A stretch of DNA of 64,000 nucleotides. Origin: Candidatus Dormiibacterota bacterium (GTDB lineage: Bacteria > Chloroflexota > Dormibacteria > Aeolococcales > Aeolococcaceae). Numbering within the stretch: the first letter of the stretch is position 1; every line of letters starts with the position of its first letter. Below, one piece after another: positions 24,430-33,596 of this stretch. The position numbers were made by a program, and so were the translations under genes. Below the pieces are notes generated by a model, which had not been told where the DNA came from, made no database searches, and saw nothing but the letters and a program-made list of their open reading frames with translations. The DNA is taken from assembly GCA_963709585.1 (NCBI GenBank), contig CAVPXI010000007.1, forward strand, positions 384,001-448,000. The letters are read 5' to 3'.

Positions 24430-24960
24430 CTAGCAGCTCCATGTGCCCACGATGTGGAGGAGTGGGGTCGTCGCCCTGAGCGCTGCGAGGTTCGCATCCA
24501 CTGAACCGTGAATGGTTCCAGTGGTGGTCTTCGAGAGGGTAATAGTGCCGCTACTCATGGGGCTATCTTGTCCTGCGGCCCAAGTTTCGGAGTTAGCGGC
24601 AAAGATCGCAACAGATCCCGGAGGTCCCGGCGACTGCAGTTCGCCTGCCAGGGGGAGCTTGAACGTCCCCACTCCGCCAAGAAATTTGAGCGCGACGTCC
24701 GTCGATCCAGCGCTGAAGTCAACCGTACCGGTGAGTTCCAGGTCGGCAGGTGGTGGCGATGCCAGCCCGGTAGATATGTCGACGATGGAACAACCGGTGC
24801 CGGCCTTCTGCGTGCCAGCGGTCACCGTACGGGTTATGGCTCCGGAAAGCGTCAGTGAACCCTGCGCAACTCTCGCTGCCGGGGTTGCCGATCCACAACT
24901 TGTCCCCACGAGAAGGGACGCGAGGACGACGCCCGTTCGTACTGCTCGGATCAGGCCCAT
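24430..24960 (-). CDS. Putative lipoprotein, beta-rich
   Basis: Signal peptide ending LLVGTSC-G; G/S/T-rich; ends HIVGTWSC. Confidence 0.7.
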   Translation of the reverse strand: MGLIRAVRTGVVLASLLVGTSCGSATPAARVAQGSLTLSGAITRTVTAGTQKAGTGCSIVDISTGLASPPPADLELTGTVDFSAGSTDVALKFLGGVGTFKLPLAGELQSPGPPGSVAIFAANSETWAAGQDSPMSSGTITLSKTTTGTIHGSVDANLAALRATTPLLHIVGTWSC

Positions 24961-25038
24961 TTCAACACCAGCATACGAAGATCATCCAGGGGCGACAACG
25001 ACAGCGACACATGAGTCGCCGGGTCCGACCGGAACAGC

Positions 25039-25066
25039 TCAAGGGACATTGGCGTGTACTGGCCTG
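25039..25066 (+). repeat. 28-bp dispersed direct repeat, copy 4
   Basis: TCAAGGGACAT-TGGCGT-GTACTGGCCTG. Confidence 0.85.
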
Positions 25067-25226
25067 AGCCACGCACCCATGCCTAGATCGGGTCGGACGA
25101 CCTGCTAGCCCGGGCCTCTCCCGCGCCTGAAGATCGTCGCCATCGGTTCGCCGCCCTTACTCTCCCCGGCATTGCACCCCTTGTCGCGGGACACGGCATC
25201 GCCGAAGCTTTCATCGCATGGTTCGG

Positions 25227-25689
25227 CTACTTCAAGAGGTGCACGAGTGTCGTCTCAGTGGCGACTGGATCCGGCGTCGGATCTCCGTAGATCTCCCAGG
25301 AGAGCCCAGCTCGACTCCCTCCGGTTCGCGGCCATCCATTTATCGATCGCGTTGTATGCCTCGTTCATGCGGTTGTACGGCCCGCGGTGGACGGCTACGG
25401 CAGCTTCCCCTCCTGGTGCTTCGGTCGCGTAGACCTCGCCCACGGTCTCAAATGTGCGCGTGACTTCGACGCCGAAGTCGCACACGATCGGCGCGCCCGG
25501 CTGCTTCGAATCCTGGTAGAGGAATATGTTGTGGCCGTCAGTCCACAGCCCCGGCTGACTGCGAATGAAGTCCCAGACCTTGCCCAGCGCTGGCCCCCAC
25601 GCCGAGCCAATCTCGTCCGGCGCAACCTCGCGACGCACGGCGGCCAACTTGCGGGGCTGAACAGTCTGTACGTCGACTGAGACCAGCAT
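25227..25689 (-). CDS. GyrI-like small-molecule binding protein; apparent +1 frameshift near 25311
   Basis: PRKLAAVRREV, TDGHNIFLY, CDFGVEV, AVHRGPYNRM; correcting one base beside GACTC gives SWEIYGDPTPDP...LVHLLK-stop. Confidence 0.8.
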
Positions 25690-25759
25690 TCCACGATCGT
25701 AAACAAGCCGAGGCGGATAAGGAGCTCTCACCGTCGACACCGGACTGACCCCCGGTCAC

Positions 25760-25787
25760 TCAAGGTACATTCCCGGACGCTGGCCTG
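25760..25787 (+). repeat. 28-bp dispersed direct repeat, copy 5
   Basis: TCAAGGTACAT-TCCCGG-ACGCTGGCCTG. Confidence 0.92.
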
Positions 25788-26345
25788 GTCTGCCGAGGTC
25801 ACGCTCGGGACTGGCGCTGGGATCGCGTCGCCGCATCCGTGTGAACTCGATCTTCTCGCGAACCAACACCGTCAGCGACTCCCCGCAAAAGAGCGATGCA
25901 TCCGAGCTGGTCGGGATCAGAGGTCAGCCATTGGCGGCGTTGCGCTGGATCGTGGACGGAATCAGCGGGTCCGGTAACTGGGGTCCACGGAGTTCCACCA
26001 CTGGGCCGCCTGCGTCGTGTCGCCGGCGGTAGCGGGAGTCCGATACCTCACCGAGAATGATGATGGCAAGCACTAACCCGATCGCGCTCGCGACGACAAG
26101 CATGCCTAGCCTCCAGCATCCTGCTTACAGATCGGTCGTCCTATACCCCAGCACACCATAGGGTCATCCTCCGCCGTTTCTGTCGCGCATGCAAGCAGAA
26201 GCGAATCGAGCACCCAGGAGGATCAGCTGACATGCCGACTTCGTAGCTCGTGATCGTGAGCTGCGTCGAGGCGCTGAGTATCCGAACGGCGAGGCGGCGA
26301 GGAGAGTAAGTGTTGAGCTTTCGGGCCGAACGGTCTATCTCCCCC

Positions 26346-26373
26346 TCAAGGTACATTGGCGGATACTCGCCTG
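26346..26373 (+). repeat. 28-bp dispersed direct repeat, copy 6
   Basis: TCAAGGTACAT-TGGCGG-ATACTCGCCTG. Confidence 0.9.
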
Positions 26374-26422
26374 CACGACCTTTATCTCACCGCATGCGGG
26401 CCCCAGCACGAGGCGGGGCCAC

Positions 26423-26833
26423 CTACGGCTCCGTGATCTGGAGACTCACGGTGACGGTGGCTCCGTTGTTGACCGTCACGGTGGCGCTATAACGACCCGG
26501 TTCCTCCTGCTGCGGCGCGGAGACAGTGTAGGTTCCGGGCGACAGGTCGAATTCAAAGACGCCGCTGGCGTTCGTCGTTGCCGTGCCGGCCACCGTTCCA
26601 TCGGGACGCGTTGCGGTGATGGCCGCGTTCTTCTCCACTTGGAAATAGCCGGAGGGGCACGGAGACCGTCCCATGCAGGTGGGAACGGGTCCGGCGGTGA
26701 GGGTGAAGGTTCCGTGGATGTGGCCCTCAGCCGTAGGTCCGGTCGACGGCGGACTCGCAGTCGAGGATACCGAGCTGGCGCACCCGGTGACCGCTATTGC
26801 TATGACGGCGAGACTCAGCCGTAGGCGTTGCAC
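26423..26833 (-). CDS. Lipoprotein with carboxypeptidase-regulatory-like (transthyretin-like beta-sandwich) domain
   Basis: Lipobox AVTGC; TATTNASGVFEFDLSPGTYTVSA motif. Confidence 0.75.
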   Translation of the reverse strand: MQRLRLSLAVIAIAVTGCASSVSSTASPPSTGPTAEGHIHGTFTLTAGPVPTCMGRSPCPSGYFQVEKNAAITATRPDGTVAGTATTNASGVFEFDLSPGTYTVSAPQQEEPGRYSATVTVNNGATVTVSLQITEP

Positions 26834-26930
26834 TCAATAACTCCCTGACACGGCCCGAACGGGGATCTTGCCCAGGCGGCAATGGAAGCAGCCCAGGTTA
26901 TTCGGCTTAGGTCCGGGCGCAAAGCTTAGC

Positions 26931-26958
26931 TCTGGCGACATTAGCGACTGCTCGCCTG
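26931..26958 (+). repeat. 28-bp dispersed direct repeat, copy 7
   Basis: TCTGGCGACAT-TAGCGA-CTGCTCGCCTG. Confidence 0.7.
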
Positions 26959-26999
26959 AGCCTCCCTCTTTGTGCCTGATGCGCGGACCGACCAACGGG

Positions 27000-27236
27000 C
27001 TAAAGCGGCGTTCCCCTTTGCGCCCACCCGGGTCCGTCGGTAGTGACCGAAACCTTCACGCCAAGCAGGCTCATGAGAGCTCGAGTGGCTCGCTCTTCGT
27101 CCATGTTTGCGGCCGCGTGTGTGGCCACGATGAATACCCACTCGTCCTCCCCGTCATGCAGCCAGCGGACCGGTCCGGACACACCATTCTCGATCAGCAG
27201 CGCGCGAGCAGTTGCGAGAAGATCGGATTGAGCCAT
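27000..27236 (-). CDS. Small hypothetical protein (78 aa)
   Basis: Fills the interval between two repeats; TATTCT -10-like box 7 nt upstream of ATG; the LMSLLGVKVSV segment loosely recalls minimal nucleotidyltransferases. Confidence 0.55.
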   Translation of the reverse strand: MAQSDLLATARALLIENGVSGPVRWLHDGEDEWVFIVATHAAANMDEERATRALMSLLGVKVSVTTDGPGWAQRGTPL

Positions 27237-27271
27237 CCGGGACAGAATACGCACTCCCACCTAAACGATCC

Positions 27272-27299
27272 TCGAGGTACATTCCCGGATGCTGGCCTG
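27272..27299 (+). repeat. 28-bp dispersed direct repeat, copy 8
   Basis: TCGAGGTACAT-TCCCGG-ATGCTGGCCTG. Confidence 0.9.
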
Positions 27300-27335
27300 G
27301 CTCAGGGCTCCAGTCTCCGGACGCCGGAGTGCAGC

Positions 27336-28082
27336 TCAGTTACTCGAGGGCAGCAACGACCAGCAGAGGGGTTCGCCATCTGTGCCGACCGGCGGAGCCC
27401 CGGCGTCGCTAGCGGAGACGTTGGTGGGCGGACCTGATGCCGGAGGCACGATGACTACCTCCGTTCCGCCTGAGGGTGCCGGTCCGATCGCTGACGCCGG
27501 CCGAACGTATGGTGGCATCGAGCGGAGATAGCCTTGGAGATCTGTAGCTGGCACCATGACAACATCCACTGAGGCGTACTGGGTGGCCACTCCGCCTGCC
27601 GCGGCTGAGACGAATTTCCCGTGCAAATCGACAACGTACCAATGACCGATCGCTCCCGACGGACCGGAGAAGGTCCCGCAATCAGCGGGGTTACCGGTCT
27701 GCCAGGCATTGGAGATCGCGTCCCAGAACTCTTGATCGGTGACGTACTTCACCTCCACGGAGTCGACGCGCTGCACAATTTCCGGGTCGTGTTGAAACAG
27801 CGCTTGAAGCGCGGCTTCGACGAGTGGCGGCTCTGTTGGCAGAGAGGCCAGACGCACGCTGCTGGTCGGATTGGTCGGCGCTGACCGCCCAACCGCGAAT
27901 CCCGTCCCGGCGCTCGCGGCAAGAGCGAAGACGATGACCGCAACCACGGCGGCGGAGCGGCGCCCGCGGGGACGCTTGACTCGACTGGGCTCAGGCTGAG
28001 ACTCGCCTATGTCCTGCGCCGCATGTTGGAGGAGCCTGCGTATGCGAGCCTCCTCGATTTCGATGGTTCCTTGATCGTCCAT
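27336..28082 (-). CDS. Putative single-TM anti-sigma factor
   Basis: Directly downstream of an ECF sigma; short cytoplasmic N-terminus (EARIRRLL), TM (AAVVAVIVFALAASAG), extracytoplasmic domain. Confidence 0.65.
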   Translation of the reverse strand: MDDQGTIEIEEARIRRLLQHAAQDIGESQPEPSRVKRPRGRRSAAVVAVIVFALAASAGTGFAVGRSAPTNPTSSVRLASLPTEPPLVEAALQALFQHDPEIVQRVDSVEVKYVTDQEFWDAISNAWQTGNPADCGTFSGPSGAIGHWYVVDLHGKFVSAAAGGVATQYASVDVVMVPATDLQGYLRSMPPYVRPASAIGPAPSGGTEVVIVPPASGPPTNVSASDAGAPPVGTDGEPLCWSLLPSSN

Positions 28083-28093
28083 TTCACGCTCTC

Positions 28094-28642
28094 CTAACTT
28101 GCGTCGATGAGGGAACGGAGCCGGCGGCGTCCCTCCCGTAATTGGTTCTCCACAGTCTTTGGCGTACAGCCGAGCGCCTCCGCGACCGACGCCGTGCTCT
28201 GGTCTTCGAGGTAGGCGAGCACAACGCACATCCGCATTCGCGGCGGCAGTCGCTTTAGTGCGCGGACGATGTCGAGCGTCTCAGCACGCCCCTCAGGCTC
28301 AGCCGAGCTCGCCGCCAAGAGGCGGAGTCGGTCGATCTGCATTCGCATCCGCCGGCGCTGCCGCGTGGCGAGGCGAATCGCGACCATCCGGAGCCAGGGC
28401 CACGCCGGGGTACGCAGGTATCCGGGGTGCTCCCTTTCCTGCCGAAGCGCCTCGACGAAGACGGACTGACAGAGATCTTCGCCGGTACTGAGATCGCCGG
28501 TGATCAGCGTTGCAAATGCCCGGAGCCGCCTCCACTCGTCGGCGTAGATCTCCCGGATTCGCTCGCCCGGCTCCATCAATACCTCTAGCGGCGGCTGCTC
28601 TTCAGGGGAGCTGATCGGCAACCGCTCGTGCATGAACGTCAT
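28094..28642 (-). CDS. ECF-type RNA polymerase sigma factor
   Basis: Region 2 (GEDLCQSVF...WLRMVAIR) and region 4 (LKRLPPRMRMCVVLAYLED...VAEALGCTPKTVENQL). Confidence 0.88.
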   Translation of the reverse strand: MTFMHERLPISSPEEQPPLEVLMEPGERIREIYADEWRRLRAFATLITGDLSTGEDLCQSVFVEALRQEREHPGYLRTPAWPWLRMVAIRLATRQRRRMRMQIDRLRLLAASSAEPEGRAETLDIVRALKRLPPRMRMCVVLAYLEDQSTASVAEALGCTPKTVENQLREGRRRLRSLIDAS

Positions 28643-28897
28643 GTTCTCTTCTATGCACGGGCGACGCGAAAACCCCTAGAGACACGCAGTTCGACTTCGT
28701 AGTCCGCCACCTAGACCTCCTGTCGTCATGCGAGAGAGAGTGCGCTGAATCGCCACCGCCTGACCTCTGGCGTGGTTACGTCAGGGAGCATGGACGCGGA
28801 CGGTCATCGACCGAATCGGCTCGCCGATTGGGGTCCAGGTGATTGACAACTCAGCGCCGAGCATCATCTAGTCCAGAGGCAGGCTGAACCGAGTTCC

Positions 28898-28925
28898 TCT
28901 AGTGACATTTGCGGATGCTCGCCTG
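28898..28925 (+). repeat. 28-bp dispersed direct repeat, copy 9
   Basis: TCTAGTGACAT-TTGCGG-ATGCTCGCCTG. Confidence 0.8.
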
Positions 28926-28974
28926 AGCGAGGGTCGCCTTCACATGCACGGGGCCGTGCGGCAATACTGCCCTC

Positions 28975-29535
28975 ATGCGGATGCGCCACCTGAGGGTTCG
29001 GGGATTCACGGCTTTCGCCCTTATCCTGACCTTCGCCGGGTGCACGTCGGCGCCTCGGCCATCTCCGACGCCTAGCGCCCCGGTCCCGGCGAGCATTCAA
29101 GCGAACGGCATCGTCGCTCCGTGTCTTCCTGGTGACGTGAGCCTCACCACGACGGCGAAGCCGGTCGCCCCGCCAAGGACAACCGGAGTAGTGATCACCA
29201 CCACCTTGCTCAACCGAAGGGACTTCGCTTGCGCGCTTGCTATGCTGATATGCCCGCATGGTGATCTTTATGCGGAGGTGGTCAATGCGGTCGGCGCCAT
29301 TGTGTGGTCGCCGGGGTACGCCGTCGGCTGTCCACCGCAGCCCCGTCTAGCGGCGGACATCGTCGCACCGCATTCGTCCGTCAAAGTGACCCAGGTGTGG
29401 GGCGACACGTATTGCGGGCCGGCCTACGGCTGCGGGCCTTCGACAAAGGCCGCCGCGCCCGGGATGTACCGTGCTCGAGGAATCTCCGACACTGTCGGCG
29501 TCGGCAGCCAGAGTGCACCCTTCACCGTTCCATGA
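28975..29535 (+). CDS. Putative Cys-rich lipoprotein
   Basis: Lipobox TFAGC; Pro/Ser linker; several Cys; PGMYRARG...SAPFTV C-terminus. Confidence 0.7.
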   Translation: MRMRHLRVRGFTAFALILTFAGCTSAPRPSPTPSAPVPASIQANGIVAPCLPGDVSLTTTAKPVAPPRTTGVVITTTLLNRRDFACALAMLICPHGDLYAEVVNAVGAIVWSPGYAVGCPPQPRLAADIVAPHSSVKVTQVWGDTYCGPAYGCGPSTKAAAPGMYRARGISDTVGVGSQSAPFTVP

Positions 29536-29565
29536 ACCTGGAGGCCGTATTTAGCTTGTCGCGCG

Positions 29566-30198
29566 CTACCCAGCTGCGCCCTGATACTCGAAATCAGTGG
29601 CGAAGCCGCAGCGCTCGTGCAGATCCCAAAGAAGTGGCGGGTCATTCACCCGCAGCTCGTCGGCGACCACCTCCTGGCCCGGTCGATCCAATCCAGGGAT
29701 GCCACAAGCGACCGGCGCGGACGCCTCCACCGGAACTGTCGCCGACACACTGACGAACGTGGCGGCCCTGATGAACCATCGCCGAGGAACATGCGACAAG
29801 CGAATTCGAGCACGACGAACGTCGTGCACGATGCCGATGGCTCGAGCGAAGTTTTCCAGCGCTGTGCCTCCCGCCCGGCCGAGGAAGATCGAAGTCAGCG
29901 AACCGTACTGCGCGTCGCTGGCATCGTCGCCGATGTACAGGCTGACCCGCCAAGGCGAGCTCGGTTCATCGTCGTCGTACCAGCCGGCCAGGACGACGTC
30001 AAGATCGCTGAGGATGACGTCGTCCGCCCGGCCCTCGTTGATGTGCCAGGAAAGGGCGAACTGACAGATGCCGTGCGTCGAGCGACCGCCTGGGCGATCG
30101 CCGACGGTGCGACACGGGCAGATGGCGTCGCAGTTGCACGCTTCGAAGTAGCTGCCGCTCAGGTGCCATGAAGTCGGCGGCAATGACAAGGAGCTCAC
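29566..30198 (-). CDS. DUF1326 family protein
   Basis: WHLSGSYFEACNCDAICPC, HINEG, IFLGRAGG. Confidence 0.82.
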   Translation of the reverse strand: MSSLSLPPTSWHLSGSYFEACNCDAICPCRTVGDRPGGRSTHGICQFALSWHINEGRADDVILSDLDVVLAGWYDDDEPSSPWRVSLYIGDDASDAQYGSLTSIFLGRAGGTALENFARAIGIVHDVRRARIRLSHVPRRWFIRAATFVSVSATVPVEASAPVACGIPGLDRPGQEVVADELRVNDPPLLWDLHERCGFATDFEYQGAAG

Positions 30199-31424
30199 GT
30201 CGCCTGCCTTCGCGACACCATGTGCTCCGCCAACACGGCGGCGTCCTCGGCGACGCCAAAGAGCGTGGCTGATTTCCGTTTGCGCTGAAAGTGAACGCCC
30301 ATGAAGTGAAGCCCGGAAACGATCGTGCTCGAGCCGTCGACCTGGATGGGGAATCCGCTTTCGTCGAACGCGTTGGGCGCTGCGACCCAGCTTGTGTAGT
30401 CGGGTCGGAACCCGGTCGTAAAGATCACCGCGCCAAGGCGGGCCAGGTCAAGGCTCTCGGGCGGGTTGGCCTCAAACGCCTGGGGGTCCGGCATCGCCAG
30501 CGCCGGCACGGAACGGGCTTCGCAGTTAGCCGCGATGAGATCTCGGACGTCGGCGTAGCGAGCATCGCCAAACGCTACTGATGCGTGGAGGTCGCGGGCG
30601 AAGTGGACGCGCCCGTCCTCGACGCCCGCGAATCGCCCGACGAGTTCGACCCCGAGCGCCTGGAGCGTCCGATAGTTGAGATCGCGCCCGCCTCCATGGC
30701 CCGTAAATTGCGGGTTCGAGAGGAACCGAGCGCTCGGACTGGGCAACTCGTCGAGGCGAGTCTCGTAGAAGTCGCTGTCGAGAATCCAGCTCAGGACGTC
30801 ACGACCCTCGATTCGGCGAGGCACCCACGGAGCGCGGCCGCACGCGAGGTATACGTTTCGTCCGGCCTCGAAACACTCTTCGGCGAGTTGGCAGCCGGTC
30901 TGTCCGCTGCCGACGACCAAGACATCCCCTCCTGGGAGCGCGCCCGGGTTGGTATAACCCTCCACATCGATCGTCAGGACCGAATCCACCGGCATCTCAT
31001 GTGCCGCGGCCGGCCGGTAGGCGCGCTGATACCCCCCAGAAGCCAGCACCACCTCACGGGCTCGGATCTCGACGTTCGACGTCCGAAGCGTGAACGTGCC
31101 GTCTTCGCGTGGTTCGATCGCCGTCACCTCCACGCCTGCTCGGATGGGTGCGCTGAAGCTCCGAGCGTAGCGATTTAGGTATTTGACAATCTCATCCTTC
31201 GGCATGAACCCATCAGGGTCATCACCGTCGTAGCGCGAACCCGGAAGGTGGACGGTCCAGTTGGGGACCACCAAACGGAAGCTGTCCCACCTACGCTGCC
31301 AGGACTCGCCTATGGACCCGCGTTCGAGTACGACGTGCTCAATCGCGGCATGCGTCAGCTCGTGGCTCAGAGACAGGCCAGCCTGGCCCGCACCGACGAT
31401 CGCCACATCCACTGCTTCAACCAT
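30195..31424 (-). CDS. Flavin-dependent oxidoreductase (FMO/CzcO-like)
   Basis: IVGAGQAGL, RWDSFRL, VGSGQTGCQLAEE, IFTTGFRPD, TLFGVAEDA. Confidence 0.85.
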   Translation of the reverse strand: MVEAVDVAIVGAGQAGLSLSHELTHAAIEHVVLERGSIGESWQRRWDSFRLVVPNWTVHLPGSRYDGDDPDGFMPKDEIVKYLNRYARSFSAPIRAGVEVTAIEPREDGTFTLRTSNVEIRAREVVLASGGYQRAYRPAAAHEMPVDSVLTIDVEGYTNPGALPGGDVLVVGSGQTGCQLAEECFEAGRNVYLACGRAPWVPRRIEGRDVLSWILDSDFYETRLDELPSPSARFLSNPQFTGHGGGRDLNYRTLQALGVELVGRFAGVEDGRVHFARDLHASVAFGDARYADVRDLIAANCEARSVPALAMPDPQAFEANPPESLDLARLGAVIFTTGFRPDYTSWVAAPNAFDESGFPIQVDGSSTIVSGLHFMGVHFQRKRKSATLFGVAEDAAVLAEHMVSRRQAT

Positions 31425-31587
31425 TGGTCTCCCGCACGCGAAGAGTTTGCCTCGTCGACACGAGGCGCGGTCGGCGTTGTAGTCCCTCAACGATACTGAG
31501 GTTCGCCTCCCGCTCCCACTCCCACGGCCCGCCGAATCGGGTCAGGCTCACCCTCCGCCACCTAATGCGAAATCGAGTGCGCCACGA

Positions 31588-32292
31588 TCATGCGTGGAAG
31601 GCAAAGGTCTGTACGAACTGATCCACCTGCGCCGCTGTTGCCGTCTTTGCCCCGGCGACTCCACCAACTATCGCGAGGATGTAGTACGTCCGACCGCCCG
31701 CAGCGACGTCGTATTCCACTTGGAGTGATCCGGACCCCATCCCCTCAGTCTGATCTCCCGAGAGTCGCGTGCTACTGACGCCATTCACGTCGACTGTCGT
31801 CATTTGCACGTTGCTGTATAGAGATCTGTTTGTCGATATGAGTGAGATGCCTGCAGGCGGAGCCGTCCCGGCGACGGATTCAACGAAGATCCCGATCTGA
31901 CCGTCTCCTAGGGGACAACTCGTGTAGAGCCCACCCGAATCGATCAAGAGCCAACTCGCGCTCACATTGTCGCAATACACCTTCCAGCTTGGAGGCAGGT
32001 CGAAGGTAACCTTCTGAATGGCACTCGTGTACGAGGTCCACCCAACGGGAAGGCTCGAGGTGGCGGACGGGCTCGAGGTGGCGGACGGGCTCGAGGTGGC
32101 GGACGGGCTCGAGGTGGCGGACGGGCTCGAGGTGGCGGACGGGCTCGGCGTATCCGAGGGACTGAACATTGTGGCCGGCGCCTGTGACGGTACCGGCGAT
32201 GCCGATGAGCCAGTGGTTCCGCACGCTGCCAAGGAGCCGATTAGAGGGATCGCAAGGCAGCCAGCAATTCGTGAAGAGACTGCGGGTGTCAA
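31588..32292 (-). CDS. Lipoprotein with tandem (PSATSS) linker and PsbP/DcrB-like domain
   Basis: Lipobox LAAC; WTSYTS...TFDLPPSW; ends VDQFVQTFAF. Confidence 0.72.
   Translation of the reverse strand: MTPAVSSRIAGCLAIPLIGSLAACGTTGSSASPVPSQAPATMFSPSDTPSPSATSSPSATSSPSATSSPSATSSPSATSSLPVGWTSYTSAIQKVTFDLPPSWKVYCDNVSASWLLIDSGGLYTSCPLGDGQIGIFVESVAGTAPPAGISLISTNRSLYSNVQMTTVDVNGVSSTRLSGDQTEGMGSGSLQVEYDVAAGGRTYYILAIVGGVAGAKTATAAQVDQFVQTFAFHA
32052..32141. repeat. Perfect 18-bp tandem repeat x5 (coding VNTR)
   Basis: GGCTCGAGGTGGCGGACG x5, encoding PSATSS x5 on the minus strand. Confidence 0.95.
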
Positions 32293-32378
32293 TAGCGTCC
32301 CTCCCTTTTTGGGACGAGGCCACGTTAGCTCAGGGTTAACGGGTCCAGCGAATGCGGGTTACTAAACCTCCCGGCGAT

Positions 32379-33425
32379 CTACTTACCTCGCTTGAGCATT
32401 GCCCGGATACCGGCGAGAGTTCGGCGCTTGACCACGAGCAATCTCTCCTCCAGGTTGCTCACCTCCATTCGCACCAGGCGCGATTGAGCAGCCAACGGTC
32501 GCGGATGTTCACTCTGCATTCGAGTCCGCGCGATCCTCATCGACTCGAGCTGGGTTTGTCGTATCGACTCTCTACCAGAGGCGGCATCAAGCAAGCGCAG
32601 GCTCACATAGAACTCAAAGTTATTGGGTTGGGTGGGCACGAACGCTGCAACCTCGTAGTCAATGAGTCCCAGCCGAGCCAGCTTCTCGACGAGGCCAAGG
32701 AAGGAGTCTGGTGTGAACACATGGCAATGCACGTCGACGAATTCATCGCTGATCTGCATGTGCCGGCAAGCGTCTAAAGCCGCGACGTCCGGGTCATCAA
32801 AATCCTCACGAACAGCGAGGCTGTAGTCTGCCGTACCAGCCCACACCGCGGCGGTGTCCACGGTGCCGCCGATCGCCTTTGAGTAGAAGTCATAGGCTTG
32901 CCGGAAACTGGGTTGACGTAGCCCGCGCAAGTTGGCGTCGACGAGGTCGCTTACTTCAGTAAGCGATCGGTTGATGTCGAAGCAATACCGCTTGTCAGGG
33001 ATGATCAGCGATAGGATGCCGCCGGGTCGCAAGACATGGGTGAGGTCTTCCAGCCAACCGACAGGGTCGGGGATATGTTCGATGACGTGCGCAGCAATGA
33101 CATAGTCAAATGGCGCGTCGCTTGCAACAGCTTCGGCGATCGTCGTTGTCGCTCCGAGTACATAGTCAACTTCCACGATCTCGTCCAATCGATCTCGCAT
33201 CCCCTGGTTCGTCCCATACTTCTGCCGGAGTTCGGCCGCGCTGGCGTGGTCGACATACCGCACGGGACCCTCGTCCTTGCGCACTCTCGGGGAAGCGAGC
33301 GGCCCAATCTCCAGCCCGCGCATGTGGACAACGTCGACAGCAGCCAATTCAGGCCGCAGTTGGACTGGATTGCCTTGCACCTGAGTTCCGCTCATGGTCA
33401 TGGAGCGGAGCCTGGGCCGAGGCAT
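32379..33425 (-). CDS. Class I SAM-dependent methyltransferase domain protein
   Basis: GLEIGPL, YVDH, FDYVIAAHVIEHIPDP, LRPGGILSLIIPDKRYCFD. Confidence 0.82.
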   Translation of the reverse strand: MPRPRLRSMTMSGTQVQGNPVQLRPELAAVDVVHMRGLEIGPLASPRVRKDEGPVRYVDHASAAELRQKYGTNQGMRDRLDEIVEVDYVLGATTTIAEAVASDAPFDYVIAAHVIEHIPDPVGWLEDLTHVLRPGGILSLIIPDKRYCFDINRSLTEVSDLVDANLRGLRQPSFRQAYDFYSKAIGGTVDTAAVWAGTADYSLAVREDFDDPDVAALDACRHMQISDEFVDVHCHVFTPDSFLGLVEKLARLGLIDYEVAAFVPTQPNNFEFYVSLRLLDAASGRESIRQTQLESMRIARTRMQSEHPRPLAAQSRLVRMEVSNLEERLLVVKRRTLAGIRAMLKRGK

Positions 33426-33596
33426 CCTGGGTATATCACCGCGACGCGGATTCTGTCACACATTCCCGACGCGTTCGTAGACCATGATGGCCGTGCCGTC
33501 CGTGAATGCTCTCGAGTCAACGAGCCTGAGACGACGGCGGGACGACCCAGAAACTCATCGGTCGCGATGCGCTGGCACTCCTTCCGGCGGTTCTGC

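Noticed and set aside
21810-28925. 28-bp repeats as a CRISPR array
   Set aside because: Spacing is hundreds to more than 1000 bp with whole genes in between, the repeats vary internally, and no cas genes are present.
21810-28925. Classical integron attC array
   Set aside because: No RYYYAAC...GTTRRRY ends or long imperfect palindromes were seen, cargo genes point both ways, and no intI is in the window.
33455-33482. Further copy of the 28-bp site (CACACATTCCCGACGC)
   Set aside because: Only the centre matches; both outer arms are missing.
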